IMG/VR virus record: IMGVR_UViG_3300026549_000013
Location: 1-41,802 of that record
Origin: a virus
DNA length: 41,802 nucleotides
Strand: one strand, 5' to 3'
Below are positions 17,090 to 27,323 of this stretch, in pieces; the stretch's first letter is position 1; the number at the start of each line of letters is the position of its first letter. A program made the translations under genes and the position numbers. The notes beneath the pieces are model-generated. The model was not told the origin of the DNA. It saw only the letters and a list, made by a program, of their open reading frames with translations, and made no database searches.

Positions 17090-20000
17090 ATGGCAGACAC
17101 GCAAAGCACGACCAAATTCCGGGCGGACATATCGCAGCTGAAAAAAGAGATGCAGGCGGCAAGTCGCGCTGTGCGTCTTGCGTCTTCGGAATTCAAGGCA
17201 GCGACTGCCGGAATGGACGATTGGAGTTCATCAGCTGATGGACTTCAGGCGAAACTCAAACAATTAAATAAAACGCTGGAAGGACAGCAAAAGATCCTTG
17301 AACTGCAAAAGAAGGAACTGGCGGCGACGGTGGCCGAATATGGCGAAAACTCAGCCGCGGCCGACAGGGTAAGGATCGCAATCAATAACCAGGAAGCGCA
17401 GATCGCCAAAACAGAAGCACAGCTGAAGAAGTATGGCGACGCTTTAGGCGATACAGCGGACGACACGCTGGATCTGGACAACGCGCTGGAAGAGACGGTG
17501 GATTCGTCTGCGAGAGCATCCGAAGGATTCACGGTGATGAAAGGCATCCTGTCGAATCTGGCTGCGGACGCGATAAAGAAAGTCGTTTCTGGACTGAAAG
17601 ACATCGCAAAAGAAACATTCAAAGTCGGGGCAGACTATGAATCAGAAATGTCCAAAGTCGAAGCGATATCCGGCGCGACATCGAAAGAGATGGACAGGCT
17701 GTCAGAAAAAGCAAAAGAGATGGGCAGCAGCACCATCTTCACGGCCCAGGAATCGGCGGAAGCCTTCGAATACATGGCAATGGCCGGATGGAAGACATCC
17801 GACATGCTTAACGGCATCGAAGGAATCATGAACCTGGCGGCCGCTTCCGGATCCGATCTTGCGTCAGCATCAGACATCGTCACAGATGCGCTGACAGCCA
17901 TGGGATATTCGGCGAAGGATTCAGGACGGCTTGCAGACGTCATGGCCGCGGCATCGTCTAACGCGAATACGAACGTCGAGCTGATGGGCGCGACGTTTAA
18001 ATATGTTGCGCCGATTGTTGGCGCGCTGGGCTACAGCATGGAAGATGCTGCAGTCGCGATCGGCCTGATGGCCAATGCCGGCATCAAAGGCGAAAAGTCA
18101 GGCACTGCGCTTCGGTCGATCCTGACAAGACTGTCAGCGCCGCCCAAAGAATGCGCGACAGAGATGGAACGCCTGGGACTGTCGCTGACAGATGCTGACG
18201 GCAACATGAAAGACATGTCTGAGGTCATCGGAGATCTCAGAAAAGCTTTCAGGGGCCTGGACAAAGCGGAACAGACATCCGCAGCGAAGCACATCGCAGG
18301 ACAGGAAGCAATGTCCGGTCTGCTTGCGATCGTCAACGCGGCGCCGGATGACTTCGACAAGCTGACATCAGCTGTCGAGAATTCAACAGGCGCAGCCGCT
18401 GAGATGGCCGCGACCATGAACGACAATGTGAACGGCCAGCTGACGCTTCTGCAGTCCAATATCCAGGGCAAGATGATTGACGTCTTTGAAAAGGCGTCAC
18501 CGGAGATCAAGCGGTCGATCCGTGAGATCTCGCGGACGATCGACACGCTGGATACGAAAGAGATCGCGGAAGACGTCGGGAAAGTAGTTAAAGACGTAGC
18601 AGATCTGTTCGCGTATGTGGCGGACAATTCTGAAGCGGTAAAATCCGGTGCAAAAGGCGTCGGCGCGGCGCTGGGAACAATATTCGTGACGAACAAAGCC
18701 GCCAATTTTGTTTCCACAGCAAAGACAATCGCACCGGTGATCACAAAGCTGGGAACAGAGGTCGGAATCCTGAAGACGACGACAGACGCTGCAGGCGCCG
18801 CACAGGTAGCGCTGAATGCTGCATGGTTCGCATCGCCGGCGACATGGGTAGTGGCTGGTGTCGTGGCGCTGGGCGCCGCGATGGTGACAATGCGGAAACG
18901 GTCCGAAGAAGCGATGGAAGCTGAATACGGACTGTCAGACGCGGAAAAAGAAGCGATAGACACAGCATCGCTTCTGAAGCATGAATATAACAACCTGAAA
19001 GACGCGCGTGACGAAGCGATCAGCAGCACATACGCTGAATTCGGCTACATGCGCGAGCTGAAGGACGAATATAACGGCCTGATCGACGCAAATGGAGACG
19101 TCAAAGAAGGATATGAAGACCGCGCGGACTTCATCCTGAATCAGCTGGCGGAAGCGATGGGCGTTGAGCGGTCAGAGATCGAAGAGACGATCGACAAGAA
19201 CGGCAAGCTGGGCGAATCGATCGACAATTTGATCCTGAAAAAGCAGGCAGAAGCAACGCTTGACGCGACAAAGGACGCTTATACAGAAGCGATCCAGAAG
19301 CGCCAGGAAGCACTGAACAACTATGTAGAGAATCAGAAGACATACACGGACGCGGAAAACGCATACAAACAGAGTCTGGAAGAATCAGGCGATGTTTTAG
19401 GCCGCTATCAGCAGATGCTGGAAACAGCACCGTCTACGGCGTCGGATTACTACTGGGCCAACCAGGAAGTGATCAAAAGCCAGCAGACGATGAAGGAAGC
19501 GATGGAGTCCGCGGAACAGGGCCTGCGCGATTCTGAATCCGCTTATGTAGGATACAGCTCGACGATCCAGAACTGGGAAGCACTTTCCCAGGCATCCGCG
19601 ACGGGAGCGGAAGACGCGATCAGCACGGCATTGACCAATATCCAGAACAATATGGTCACGGCCGAAACAGGCACACGCGACACGCTGGAAACACAGCTGA
19701 GAAACTTTGAAAACAACTACGACAATATGAAGGCAGCCGTCGAAAGCGGCATGCCGAATGTTACACAGGCGCAGGTAGACGAAGCCGGAAAGCTAGTGGA
19801 AGCGGCACGCGCAGAACTGGATAAGCTCGACAGCCAGGCGGCAGAATCGGGCCAGACAGCCGGCACAGACTACGCGGAAGGCGTAGGATCGGCGGAAGGA
19901 TCCGCATCAGAAGCAGGCGAAAAAGTCGCAAGCGCGGCGGCGTCCGGTGCAAAGCGCGCAGACGGCGACAACAAGAAAGCCGGTGAAACGACCGGCAAGA

Positions 20001-21850
20001 AATACGCAGAAGGTGTTTCCGGACAGTCGAAGAAAGCACAGTCAGCAGGAACGACGATCGGACAGGCATCCGCAAAAGGCGCGAACGCAGCAGGCGGGCA
20101 GATGAACGCAGCAGGCCAATACACGGGCCTGCAGTTCGCAGGCGGAGTCAATGCGAAAACAGGATCTGCAAATTCTGCAGGATCTAACATAGCATCAAGC
20201 GCGAAGCGCGGAACTGAGTCGGTCAGCACATATTCAAGCGGTGAGAATTTTGGTCAGGGCTTTATCAATGGCATCGGGTCAATGGTACAGTCCGCATGGA
20301 GCAAAGCATATAACCTTGCAAGACAGGCATGGGCTGGACTGAGAAAAGGACAGGAAGAAGGATCCCCTTCAAAGCTGACAGCCAGGTCCGGACGATTCTT
20401 CACGCAGGGCTTTATCAATGGAATCGTTTCCTTGGAAGGTAAGCTTGTAAAGACAGTTGTCAGCATGGCAAAGACAGCCGTCAAGGCGCTTTCGACAGCA
20501 TCCAGATACAACATCGAAGAAGTCGGAAGCATGGCAAGCCGGGAATTCGCGGATGCGATCGCGAACGACTCTGAGTACATGATCAATAAGATCCAGTACA
20601 AGAATCAGAAAAAGATCGCAGAATTTGATTCGGCGATAGCGAAACTGAAAGCGCAGAGCAAGCAGAAGGCATCACAGATCCAGGCAGCAAGCGACAAGAA
20701 AGTCGCGAAGCTGCAGGAAAAGCGGGACAAGACGTCTGACAAAAATCAGAAAAACCGCTTGAAGAAACAGATCGATGCTGAAAAAGCAAGCGCGAAAAAG
20801 CTGATCAAGGCAAACGAAGCCAAATATCAGAAACTCATCAAGACACAGGAAAAATACAAGACGGCATATCAGACGGCCAGCAGCTCGATGATCAGTGAAT
20901 TCCAGAAAGCAATGCAGCGCTATGAAGAAAGCGCGCGGAACTTGGTCGACAACGCGATCACGGGCATCACTGACCGATATACGACAGCATATGACGACCT
21001 TACAGCAAAGCAGGAAGAGCTGACGAACAAACTGCTGGAAGTCGGAAACACTTTCGACGTAAGCGGTGCGGGAGTCATGACGATCAATGACCTGCAGAAG
21101 CAGACGCAGCAGATCAGGGATTATTCGGACAGGCTGGCACGGATCCGCGAGAAGGTATCCAAAGATCTTTTCAATGAGATCACGACATTCAATGTCAAGG
21201 AAGGCGCCGCATACATCGACAGGCTCCTGTCGATGAGCGCGGAAGACCTGGCTGCATATAACGACGCTTACACAGCGAAGCTGGAAGCGGCGCGCGAAGC
21301 AAGCGACAGCATCTATCAGGCAGACTTCGAAGACCTTGGTAAGACTTACCAGTCAGAGATCGAAGAAGCGCTTGCAGGCATCAACGACCAGATGAAAGAC
21401 CTGGGCGAACAGGCGATGCGCGGATTCGTGGACGGACTGACGAAGAACACGGATTACATGGATGCGAATGTCAAAACATTCGTCAATGCGATGGTCAAGA
21501 CATTCAAAGAAAAATTGCAGATACACAGTCCTTCAAGGCTGACATTCGGACTGGGAGCGCTGACCGGTGAAGGATTTGACGATGGACTGCTGTCCATGGT
21601 CAGACGGATCCAGAACACGGTAAAGAAGATCACAGGTGATATCGCGTCGCCGATCAGCGGACTGGGAGCAGATCTTCCGGGCATCCGGCAGTCGGTGAAC
21701 GGTTATCCTGTGGCAGCAGGCGCGAGAACATCGAACGTAGTGAATAACTACAACCTGGTCCAGAACAATACGTCGCCGAAGGCATTGAGCGCGCTTGAAA
21801 CATATCAGGCACGCAGACAGCAGATCGCCATGGTCAGGGCGTTCGCGTAA
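17090..21850 (+). CDS. Tape measure protein (1586 aa)
   Basis: Size; coiled-coil and Ala/Gly-rich stretches; repeated GFINGI and SPS(K/R)L motifs; position after G/GT. Confidence 0.9.
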   Translation: MADTQSTTKFRADISQLKKEMQAASRAVRLASSEFKAATAGMDDWSSSADGLQAKLKQLNKTLEGQQKILELQKKELAATVAEYGENSAAADRVRIAINNQEAQIAKTEAQLKKYGDALGDTADDTLDLDNALEETVDSSARASEGFTVMKGILSNLAADAIKKVVSGLKDIAKETFKVGADYESEMSKVEAISGATSKEMDRLSEKAKEMGSSTIFTAQESAEAFEYMAMAGWKTSDMLNGIEGIMNLAAASGSDLASASDIVTDALTAMGYSAKDSGRLADVMAAASSNANTNVELMGATFKYVAPIVGALGYSMEDAAVAIGLMANAGIKGEKSGTALRSILTRLSAPPKECATEMERLGLSLTDADGNMKDMSEVIGDLRKAFRGLDKAEQTSAAKHIAGQEAMSGLLAIVNAAPDDFDKLTSAVENSTGAAAEMAATMNDNVNGQLTLLQSNIQGKMIDVFEKASPEIKRSIREISRTIDTLDTKEIAEDVGKVVKDVADLFAYVADNSEAVKSGAKGVGAALGTIFVTNKAANFVSTAKTIAPVITKLGTEVGILKTTTDAAGAAQVALNAAWFASPATWVVAGVVALGAAMVTMRKRSEEAMEAEYGLSDAEKEAIDTASLLKHEYNNLKDARDEAISSTYAEFGYMRELKDEYNGLIDANGDVKEGYEDRADFILNQLAEAMGVERSEIEETIDKNGKLGESIDNLILKKQAEATLDATKDAYTEAIQKRQEALNNYVENQKTYTDAENAYKQSLEESGDVLGRYQQMLETAPSTASDYYWANQEVIKSQQTMKEAMESAEQGLRDSESAYVGYSSTIQNWEALSQASATGAEDAISTALTNIQNNMVTAETGTRDTLETQLRNFENNYDNMKAAVESGMPNVTQAQVDEAGKLVEAARAELDKLDSQAAESGQTAGTDYAEGVGSAEGSASEAGEKVASAAASGAKRADGDNKKAGETTGKKYAEGVSGQSKKAQSAGTTIGQASAKGANAAGGQMNAAGQYTGLQFAGGVNAKTGSANSAGSNIASSAKRGTESVSTYSSGENFGQGFINGIGSMVQSAWSKAYNLARQAWAGLRKGQEEGSPSKLTARSGRFFTQGFINGIVSLEGKLVKTVVSMAKTAVKALSTASRYNIEEVGSMASREFADAIANDSEYMINKIQYKNQKKIAEFDSAIAKLKAQSKQKASQIQAASDKKVAKLQEKRDKTSDKNQKNRLKKQIDAEKASAKKLIKANEAKYQKLIKTQEKYKTAYQTASSSMISEFQKAMQRYEESARNLVDNAITGITDRYTTAYDDLTAKQEELTNKLLEVGNTFDVSGAGVMTINDLQKQTQQIRDYSDRLARIREKVSKDLFNEITTFNVKEGAAYIDRLLSMSAEDLAAYNDAYTAKLEAAREASDSIYQADFEDLGKTYQSEIEEALAGINDQMKDLGEQAMRGFVDGLTKNTDYMDANVKTFVNAMVKTFKEKLQIHSPSRLTFGLGALTGEGFDDGLLSMVRRIQNTVKKITGDIASPISGLGADLPGIRQSVNGYPVAAGARTSNVVNNYNLVQNNTSPKALSALETYQARRQQIAMVRAFA

Positions 21851-21861
21851 GGGGGCCTGAT

Positions 21862-22710
21862 ATGTTTACATTAATAGCAAGGAATCAATACGGACAGCAG
21901 TTGGAGCTGACACATAACGATGCGTACAGCATCAAGTCGATCGACGGGCTGGATCCGCCGGAAGCAGTCATCAACACGACGCACAACGCGGGATTAGATG
22001 GCAGCGTCTACAACAGCGCATATATGAGTGATCGTGTCATCACGATCACTCTTGCGATTGAAGGACCGGCGGAAGAAAACAGGATCAATCTTTACAAATA
22101 TTTCAAAAGTAAATTCCCTGTCAGAATCTACTACAGAAACGCGACAAGGAATGTCTACATCGACGGATACACGCGCGTAGTTGCAATTTCGTTTTTTGAC
22201 ATCAAGCAGGTCGCGCAGATCACGATCTTTTGCCCGCAGCCCAACTTCAATGAGGTCATGGCTGACGTGCAGGATATGTCGAGCATCGAAAACTTATTTG
22301 AATTCCCGTTTTCGATCGAAGCCGCGGGGATTCCTTTTTCGGAGATCATCGCAAACACGGAAAAGTCGATCAAGAACGACGGCGACCTGGAAACAGGCGT
22401 GCAAATCAGCATCAGGGCGACCGGAACAGTCGTCAATCCGAAGATCTTCAACGTGGAAACAGGCGACAGCATGATCCTGGACATGACGCTGGCAGCGGGC
22501 GACCTGATCAGCATCGACACAAGGACCGGAAGCAAAGCGGTGACGCTGACAAGCGACGGAGTGACGACAAGCGTCGTCGGAAAACTCAGATACGGGTCAG
22601 ACTGGTTCAGCCTGCAGCCGGGCGACAACATCTTCACGATCGCCGCGGATTCAGGCGCGGAATACATGAAGGCTGTGTTCACGGTGATCGGGCAGTTTGA
22701 GGGCGTTTGA
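21862..22710 (+). CDS. Distal tail protein (Dit-like)
   Basis: 282 aa immediately after the tape measure gene. Confidence 0.7.
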   Translation: MFTLIARNQYGQQLELTHNDAYSIKSIDGLDPPEAVINTTHNAGLDGSVYNSAYMSDRVITITLAIEGPAEENRINLYKYFKSKFPVRIYYRNATRNVYIDGYTRVVAISFFDIKQVAQITIFCPQPNFNEVMADVQDMSSIENLFEFPFSIEAAGIPFSEIIANTEKSIKNDGDLETGVQISIRATGTVVNPKIFNVETGDSMILDMTLAAGDLISIDTRTGSKAVTLTSDGVTTSVVGKLRYGSDWFSLQPGDNIFTIAADSGAEYMKAVFTVIGQFEGV

Positions 22711-22712
22711 CT

Positions 22713-23777
22713 ATGGATATCTATGTATTAAACGGGATGCAGAAAGAAGACATAGTCGAAGACTATGAAAGCATCATCTGGAACATGCAGTTCTTCGGAA
22801 ACGGCGACTTCCAGATGGTCGTCCATGGAACAGCCAAAAACGTGAATCTGCTGACGCGCGGCAAATATCTTGTCAGGGACTTCGATGTTGTAGAGGATGG
22901 CTTCCGGAACGTCATGAAGATAGAAGGGCGGAAGATCATCTGGGACGCGGAAAAAGGATGGCTTATTACGCTGACCGGAAAGGGCCTGAAGCACATCACC
23001 GGACAGCGGATCGTATGGCAGCAGACGAATCTTTCCGGAACTGTGGAAGACGGAATCAGGAAGGTGATCACCGAAAACATTATTTCGCCGGACTTGCCAG
23101 AACGCCAGATAGCGAATTTTATACTGGCAGATTCTGTGGGGATCACAGAAACGTGGGAAACACAGTTATTCGGCCAGAACATCGCTGAATGGCTTGAAGA
23201 TGTGGGCAAAACATACGGGATCGGCTGGGATGTGTCGATTAAAAACGGGAAATTCGTTTTTGAACTGATCAAAGGCACTGACAGATCTGTGGATCAGTCA
23301 GCTGTGGATCCGGTCGTTTTTTCGCCTGAATATGACAACCTGGCGGAAGCAAGCCTGGACGAAAACGGCGAAGACTACTTCAACGCGGCGCTGATCGGCG
23401 GAGAAGGCGAAGGCATCGACCAAAGGACGGCGACAGTTGGAACAGCTTCGGGCCTGGACAGGATCGAAAGATACATTGATGGTGATTCCGTCAGCAGTAA
23501 CGGCGAGATCATCACAGAAGAGCAATATGAAGAGCTGCTGAAGACATACGGATACGAACAGCTGGCAGCGGCCGCGAGTGCGATCAAATACGAAGGCAAG
23601 ACGATTGACAATAAGATGTTTGTATTGAACCGTGATTACTTTCTGGGCGACATAGTCACGATCAAGAACAAATACGGGATCAATTCGACATGCCGGATCA
23701 CCGAATTGATCTTCGCGATCGATGAAAATGGCCAAAGTATCGTCCCGACATTTGAAGCAGTGGAAGGAGCAAGTTAA
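22713..23777 (+). CDS. Tail-associated/baseplate hub protein (Tal-like, Sipho_Gp37-like)
   Basis: Position after Dit. The N-terminus IYVLNG...IVEDYESIIWNMQFFGNGDFQMVV resembles the Gp37-like family. ATG 22713 follows GAGGG; the track starts at TTG 22707. Confidence 0.6.
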   Translation: MDIYVLNGMQKEDIVEDYESIIWNMQFFGNGDFQMVVHGTAKNVNLLTRGKYLVRDFDVVEDGFRNVMKIEGRKIIWDAEKGWLITLTGKGLKHITGQRIVWQQTNLSGTVEDGIRKVITENIISPDLPERQIANFILADSVGITETWETQLFGQNIAEWLEDVGKTYGIGWDVSIKNGKFVFELIKGTDRSVDQSAVDPVVFSPEYDNLAEASLDENGEDYFNAALIGGEGEGIDQRTATVGTASGLDRIERYIDGDSVSSNGEIITEEQYEELLKTYGYEQLAAAASAIKYEGKTIDNKMFVLNRDYFLGDIVTIKNKYGINSTCRITELIFAIDENGQSIVPTFEAVEGAS

Positions 23778-24721
23778 TGGCTATATCATATGGATTTTTC
23801 AACTCCATCAACCAGGACCGCACATATAACGCTGATCAGATGTCAGAGTATTTTGACGGCCTTGTATCGAATGGAGTCTATGAGAGCGTGGGGAGCGCGA
23901 TGCAGGTCACGGCCGGCGAAGGCCTGGCTGTCAATGTCCAGTCAGGCCGGGCGATCATTGACTGCAAATGGATCAAGAACGACGCTGCGCAGGCCATCAC
24001 GCTGACGACAGCACATGTGCTACTGCCCAGATACACGGCAATCGTGATCAGGCTGGACAGGGGCAGCCGGTCGATCTCGATTGTGGCAAAAGATGGCACA
24101 CCGGCATCCAATCCGGAAAAGCCGTCAATGACTGATGACGGCCAGATTACAGAGCTGTGCCTGGCGTATGTATATGTCGGCGCCAATGCATCGACGATCA
24201 CGCAGGCCAATATCACGGATATGAGGTCAAGCGATCTGTGCGGATGGGTGACAGGCGTCGTGCAGCAGGTGGACACATCACAGTTGTTCGCACAGTATCA
24301 GGCAGCATTCGAACAGAACTACGCGCAGCAGCTGGCGTGGCAGCGGTCGATCCAGACAGAATTCAACGAATGGTTCGCGGCGCTTACACAGCAGCTGTCA
24401 GTCAATACATACATCCAGAGATATCAGAAAGTTGTAACGTTATCAACAGGCACATCGACGCCGATCGAGCTGGACATGACAGGATACAGCTATTCGGACG
24501 GCGATGTCATTGATGTATTTATTAACGGTCTGATCGGTATAGAGGGGGGTGATTACAGCCTGACAATAGCAAATGGAGTCGTAACAGTAACGCCAATGGC
24601 ATTGAAAGTCGGAACGGTTATCGTTATCAACGCGACTAAGTCAAAGATCGGATCGATCGTCCTGGAGACTAATAACGGCGCCGCGCTAGTAACGAACGAA
24701 GACGAATATATCTCAGCCTAG
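23777..24721 (+). CDS. Tail/baseplate structural protein (314 aa)
   Basis: TAATG overlap with the upstream gene; position. Confidence 0.55.
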   Translation: MAISYGFFNSINQDRTYNADQMSEYFDGLVSNGVYESVGSAMQVTAGEGLAVNVQSGRAIIDCKWIKNDAAQAITLTTAHVLLPRYTAIVIRLDRGSRSISIVAKDGTPASNPEKPSMTDDGQITELCLAYVYVGANASTITQANITDMRSSDLCGWVTGVVQQVDTSQLFAQYQAAFEQNYAQQLAWQRSIQTEFNEWFAALTQQLSVNTYIQRYQKVVTLSTGTSTPIELDMTGYSYSDGDVIDVFINGLIGIEGGDYSLTIANGVVTVTPMALKVGTVIVINATKSKIGSIVLETNNGAALVTNEDEYISA

Positions 24722-24752
24722 AAGGAGGATCGGAATGTAAGGAGAAAATACA

Positions 24753-25415
24753 ATGCCTAAGACATATTTTGAGTATCGCGGCGTTTCTAACGCCGTATAT
24801 GCAGAGATCACATCTGATACAGCGGAAGAATTTGTGACAGGCGCAGTCAAAGATCTGACTGGTGTGTCTGAGATCGGAAAGACGACGGAAAGCGCACACG
24901 AAGTGCATTTTTACGACAACATAGCGGCGATCGTGGTCGACTCAGTGGGGGCTGATGAAATAACGATCAATACATCCGGCATCCCGCTTGACGTCCTTGC
25001 GGACATCACAGGTCAGTTCTACGACGAAGAAAATGGCATGCTTGTAGAGCAGGAACCCACACCGAAGTATTTTGCCTTCGGGTACATCACAGACAAGACA
25101 GACGGAACGAAGGTCCTTGTTTGGAGACTGAAAGGCAAATTCTCGATCCCAGGCACAACGTCCGCGACGAAGGACGACGGAACAGATGCAAATGGTCAGG
25201 AACTGACATATACTGGCATCTCGACGATCTACAAATTCATGAGGACCGGAAAGCAGTCGAGCGCGATCAACGTCGATACATCTGTCAACAAGATAACGAC
25301 GGCGGAAAGCTTCTTCGCGGAAGTAAATACGCCGGACACAATCCTGCCGATCATCCTGGCAACGGATGACGACGCGATAATTGTAACTAGTGAAGATTTT
25401 GAAATCCTTGTATAA
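24753..25415 (+). CDS. Second major-tail-protein paralogue (220 aa) with a distinct C-terminal extension
   Basis: Roughly 85 percent aa and nt identity, by hand alignment, to 15866-16468 over about 197 residues. It then diverges into LPIILATDDDAIIVTSEDFEILV. Confidence 0.8.
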   Translation: MPKTYFEYRGVSNAVYAEITSDTAEEFVTGAVKDLTGVSEIGKTTESAHEVHFYDNIAAIVVDSVGADEITINTSGIPLDVLADITGQFYDEENGMLVEQEPTPKYFAFGYITDKTDGTKVLVWRLKGKFSIPGTTSATKDDGTDANGQELTYTGISTIYKFMRTGKQSSAINVDTSVNKITTAESFFAEVNTPDTILPIILATDDDAIIVTSEDFEILV

Positions 25416-25432
25416 AGAAAGGAAATCGAACA

Positions 25433-27244
25433 ATGGACAACACAGAGAGAAGAAGAATCGTTAATCTGCCGCAGGCCACAGAAGTGGGCGACGACATGAA
25501 TTTCGTGACGGACAGCACGAACGGATCCGGAACAAGAAAGCTCCCTTATGCAATGCTTAGAAGCGCGATCTGCCAGGCATCCGCGCTGAACATGGCGCCT
25601 GCATACAGCAATGCAGCGACATACAGCGTGGGCGATCTTGTGGCATATAGCGGACAGCTGTATATGTGCAACACTGCGATCGAGCAGGCTGAAAACTGGA
25701 CGCCGGCACATTGGACGGCGGTCGACATGAGCGAGGTGATCGACAGCGTCGAACAGCGAGTGGCAGAGATCGAAAACGCGGAAGGTCTGCACAGATACGG
25801 AGTTTCCGGCATCGGACAGGCAGCATCACAGCTGACAAGGATCTGGGACGCAGTTGGAATGACGGCCCAGGTGGGAACGGATGGAAACAACGCGAACGTA
25901 GTCAATAACTTTGACGACGTCGCGCCTTTTAATAGAAGAAAATGCGTCGGTCACTGGACAGTGAGAGACGGCCGCGCGCACTTCGTGGTTGAAGCATATT
26001 ACGGAGATGAAAATTACGCAGAAGACGGCACAATGGGCGACTATGTCGCAGTCGAATGCCCGCGTGCATTTTACTACATGAAGGACGGAATTCTGGGCGT
26101 ATCTGCACATCATTATGCAGGCTGGAAGCCTTTCGACATCTTCTGCCATAACCACAACGCGGAAGAGACTATGGAATATGTTTACCTGCCCGCATATGCG
26201 CTGGCGACGAAGAACGGGCATGCTGTGTCACTTCCTGATCTGGACAATGAACAGGGAGACTATGCAGGACTGTTCACAACGGCAAGAACTTATGACAACG
26301 CAGATGTGGCGGGCCTTGCGATGATCCAGCCGGCAGCAGTCGAATTCTACGAATGGGCGCTGCAGACAGTCGAATTCGCACAGCAGGTTCCGACAGCAGT
26401 GATGAAGGGATGCCTGTCGCTCAGATCTGACAATGCGGACACAGTAGTATTCCAGGACACGACACATGTACTGACAAACAACTACTATGCAAGCCGCGTA
26501 GTCGGTGAGTATATCTGCATTTATGACGGGACAGCTGATCACACGAAGGCGTCTTATAAGGCGACACACAAGATCCTGTCGATCGTGAGATGCGATGAAA
26601 ACGGAAACGCTGACGCTTCAGGAACACATCAGCTGATCGAAGTCCAGGACCTGGGCAAAGGCTACTTCGAATATGATACATCCACGACATACAACCTGGC
26701 GGCGCGTCCGTACAGAACAGGTGCGTGCAACGGCGTTTCGACGCCTTCCGGATCACCTGTGTCAAACACATCAGGATATTATCCGATGAAGTACAGATGG
26801 CGTGAAAACACACATGGCAACCAGTATCAGACATACGTGGACCTGTTTAACAAGCGCGTCGGGACCGGCGACGATGATTACAAACTTGAATGGTATTACC
26901 TGCCTGATCCGTCAAAGATCACGACGCCTGGAAACAACATTTCGCTTCCCGGCGAAAATTATGAAAAACTGGACATCGAAACAAGCCACGAAGACTATCT
27001 GAACGGATGGATCAAGAGCAAGCAGTATTCTGCTGATTATCCGGACATCTGGATTCCTGTACAGGTGACGGACGGCAGCGCGTCAACATATGCTGCAGTT
27101 TACGCCTACCTCGTTAATTCGAACGCGGTCCGTGCCGTCCGCTTCGGCGGGCATTGGTACAACGGCAACGTGTACCTGAATGCGAATAACGCGCCTTCGT
27201 TTGCGTACGCGAATTATGGTGGCGCCCTTTGCTTCGCCCAGTGA
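25433..27244 (+). CDS. Tail fibre / receptor-binding protein, DGR target (603 aa)
   Basis: Last tail gene. Contains a CBM5/12-like YSVGDLVAYSGQLYMCNTAI...NWTPAHWTAV segment. The C-terminus RFGGHWYNGNVYLNANNAPSFAYANYGGALCFAQ is typical of C-type-lectin-fold DGR variable regions. Confidence 0.85.
   Translation: MDNTERRRIVNLPQATEVGDDMNFVTDSTNGSGTRKLPYAMLRSAICQASALNMAPAYSNAATYSVGDLVAYSGQLYMCNTAIEQAENWTPAHWTAVDMSEVIDSVEQRVAEIENAEGLHRYGVSGIGQAASQLTRIWDAVGMTAQVGTDGNNANVVNNFDDVAPFNRRKCVGHWTVRDGRAHFVVEAYYGDENYAEDGTMGDYVAVECPRAFYYMKDGILGVSAHHYAGWKPFDIFCHNHNAEETMEYVYLPAYALATKNGHAVSLPDLDNEQGDYAGLFTTARTYDNADVAGLAMIQPAAVEFYEWALQTVEFAQQVPTAVMKGCLSLRSDNADTVVFQDTTHVLTNNYYASRVVGEYICIYDGTADHTKASYKATHKILSIVRCDENGNADASGTHQLIEVQDLGKGYFEYDTSTTYNLAARPYRTGACNGVSTPSGSPVSNTSGYYPMKYRWRENTHGNQYQTYVDLFNKRVGTGDDDYKLEWYYLPDPSKITTPGNNISLPGENYEKLDIETSHEDYLNGWIKSKQYSADYPDIWIPVQVTDGSASTYAAVYAYLVNSNAVRAVRFGGHWYNGNVYLNANNAPSFAYANYGGALCFAQ
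27095..27231 (+). repeat. DGR variable repeat (VR)
   Basis: Ungapped match to 27324-27460 with 7 mismatches, each at a TR adenine. Confidence 0.9.
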
Positions 27245-27255
27245 TCAGGGGTGAA

Positions 27256-27286
27256 TTGCCCGAAGGGCAAGAGGGGCTTTCCCCTC
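27256..27286 (+). other. Two adjacent GC-rich hairpins just downstream of VR (candidate DGR target-recognition hairpin and/or terminator)
   Basis: ttgccc-gaa-gggcaa (27256-27270) and gagggg-cttt-cccctc (27271-27286). Confidence 0.6.
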
Positions 27287-27323
27287 ATTATATGTAACTG
27301 TAATTAAAAGGGATTCTCAGCGC

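Noticed and set aside
18031-19029. 332-aa minus-strand ORF (and others at 17245-17622, 17635-17943, 19870-20229, 20254-20601) inside the tape measure gene
   Set aside because: These are shadow ORFs antisense to a long, clearly coding gene. Their translations are low-complexity Ser/Ala/Pro-rich strings with no RBS context.
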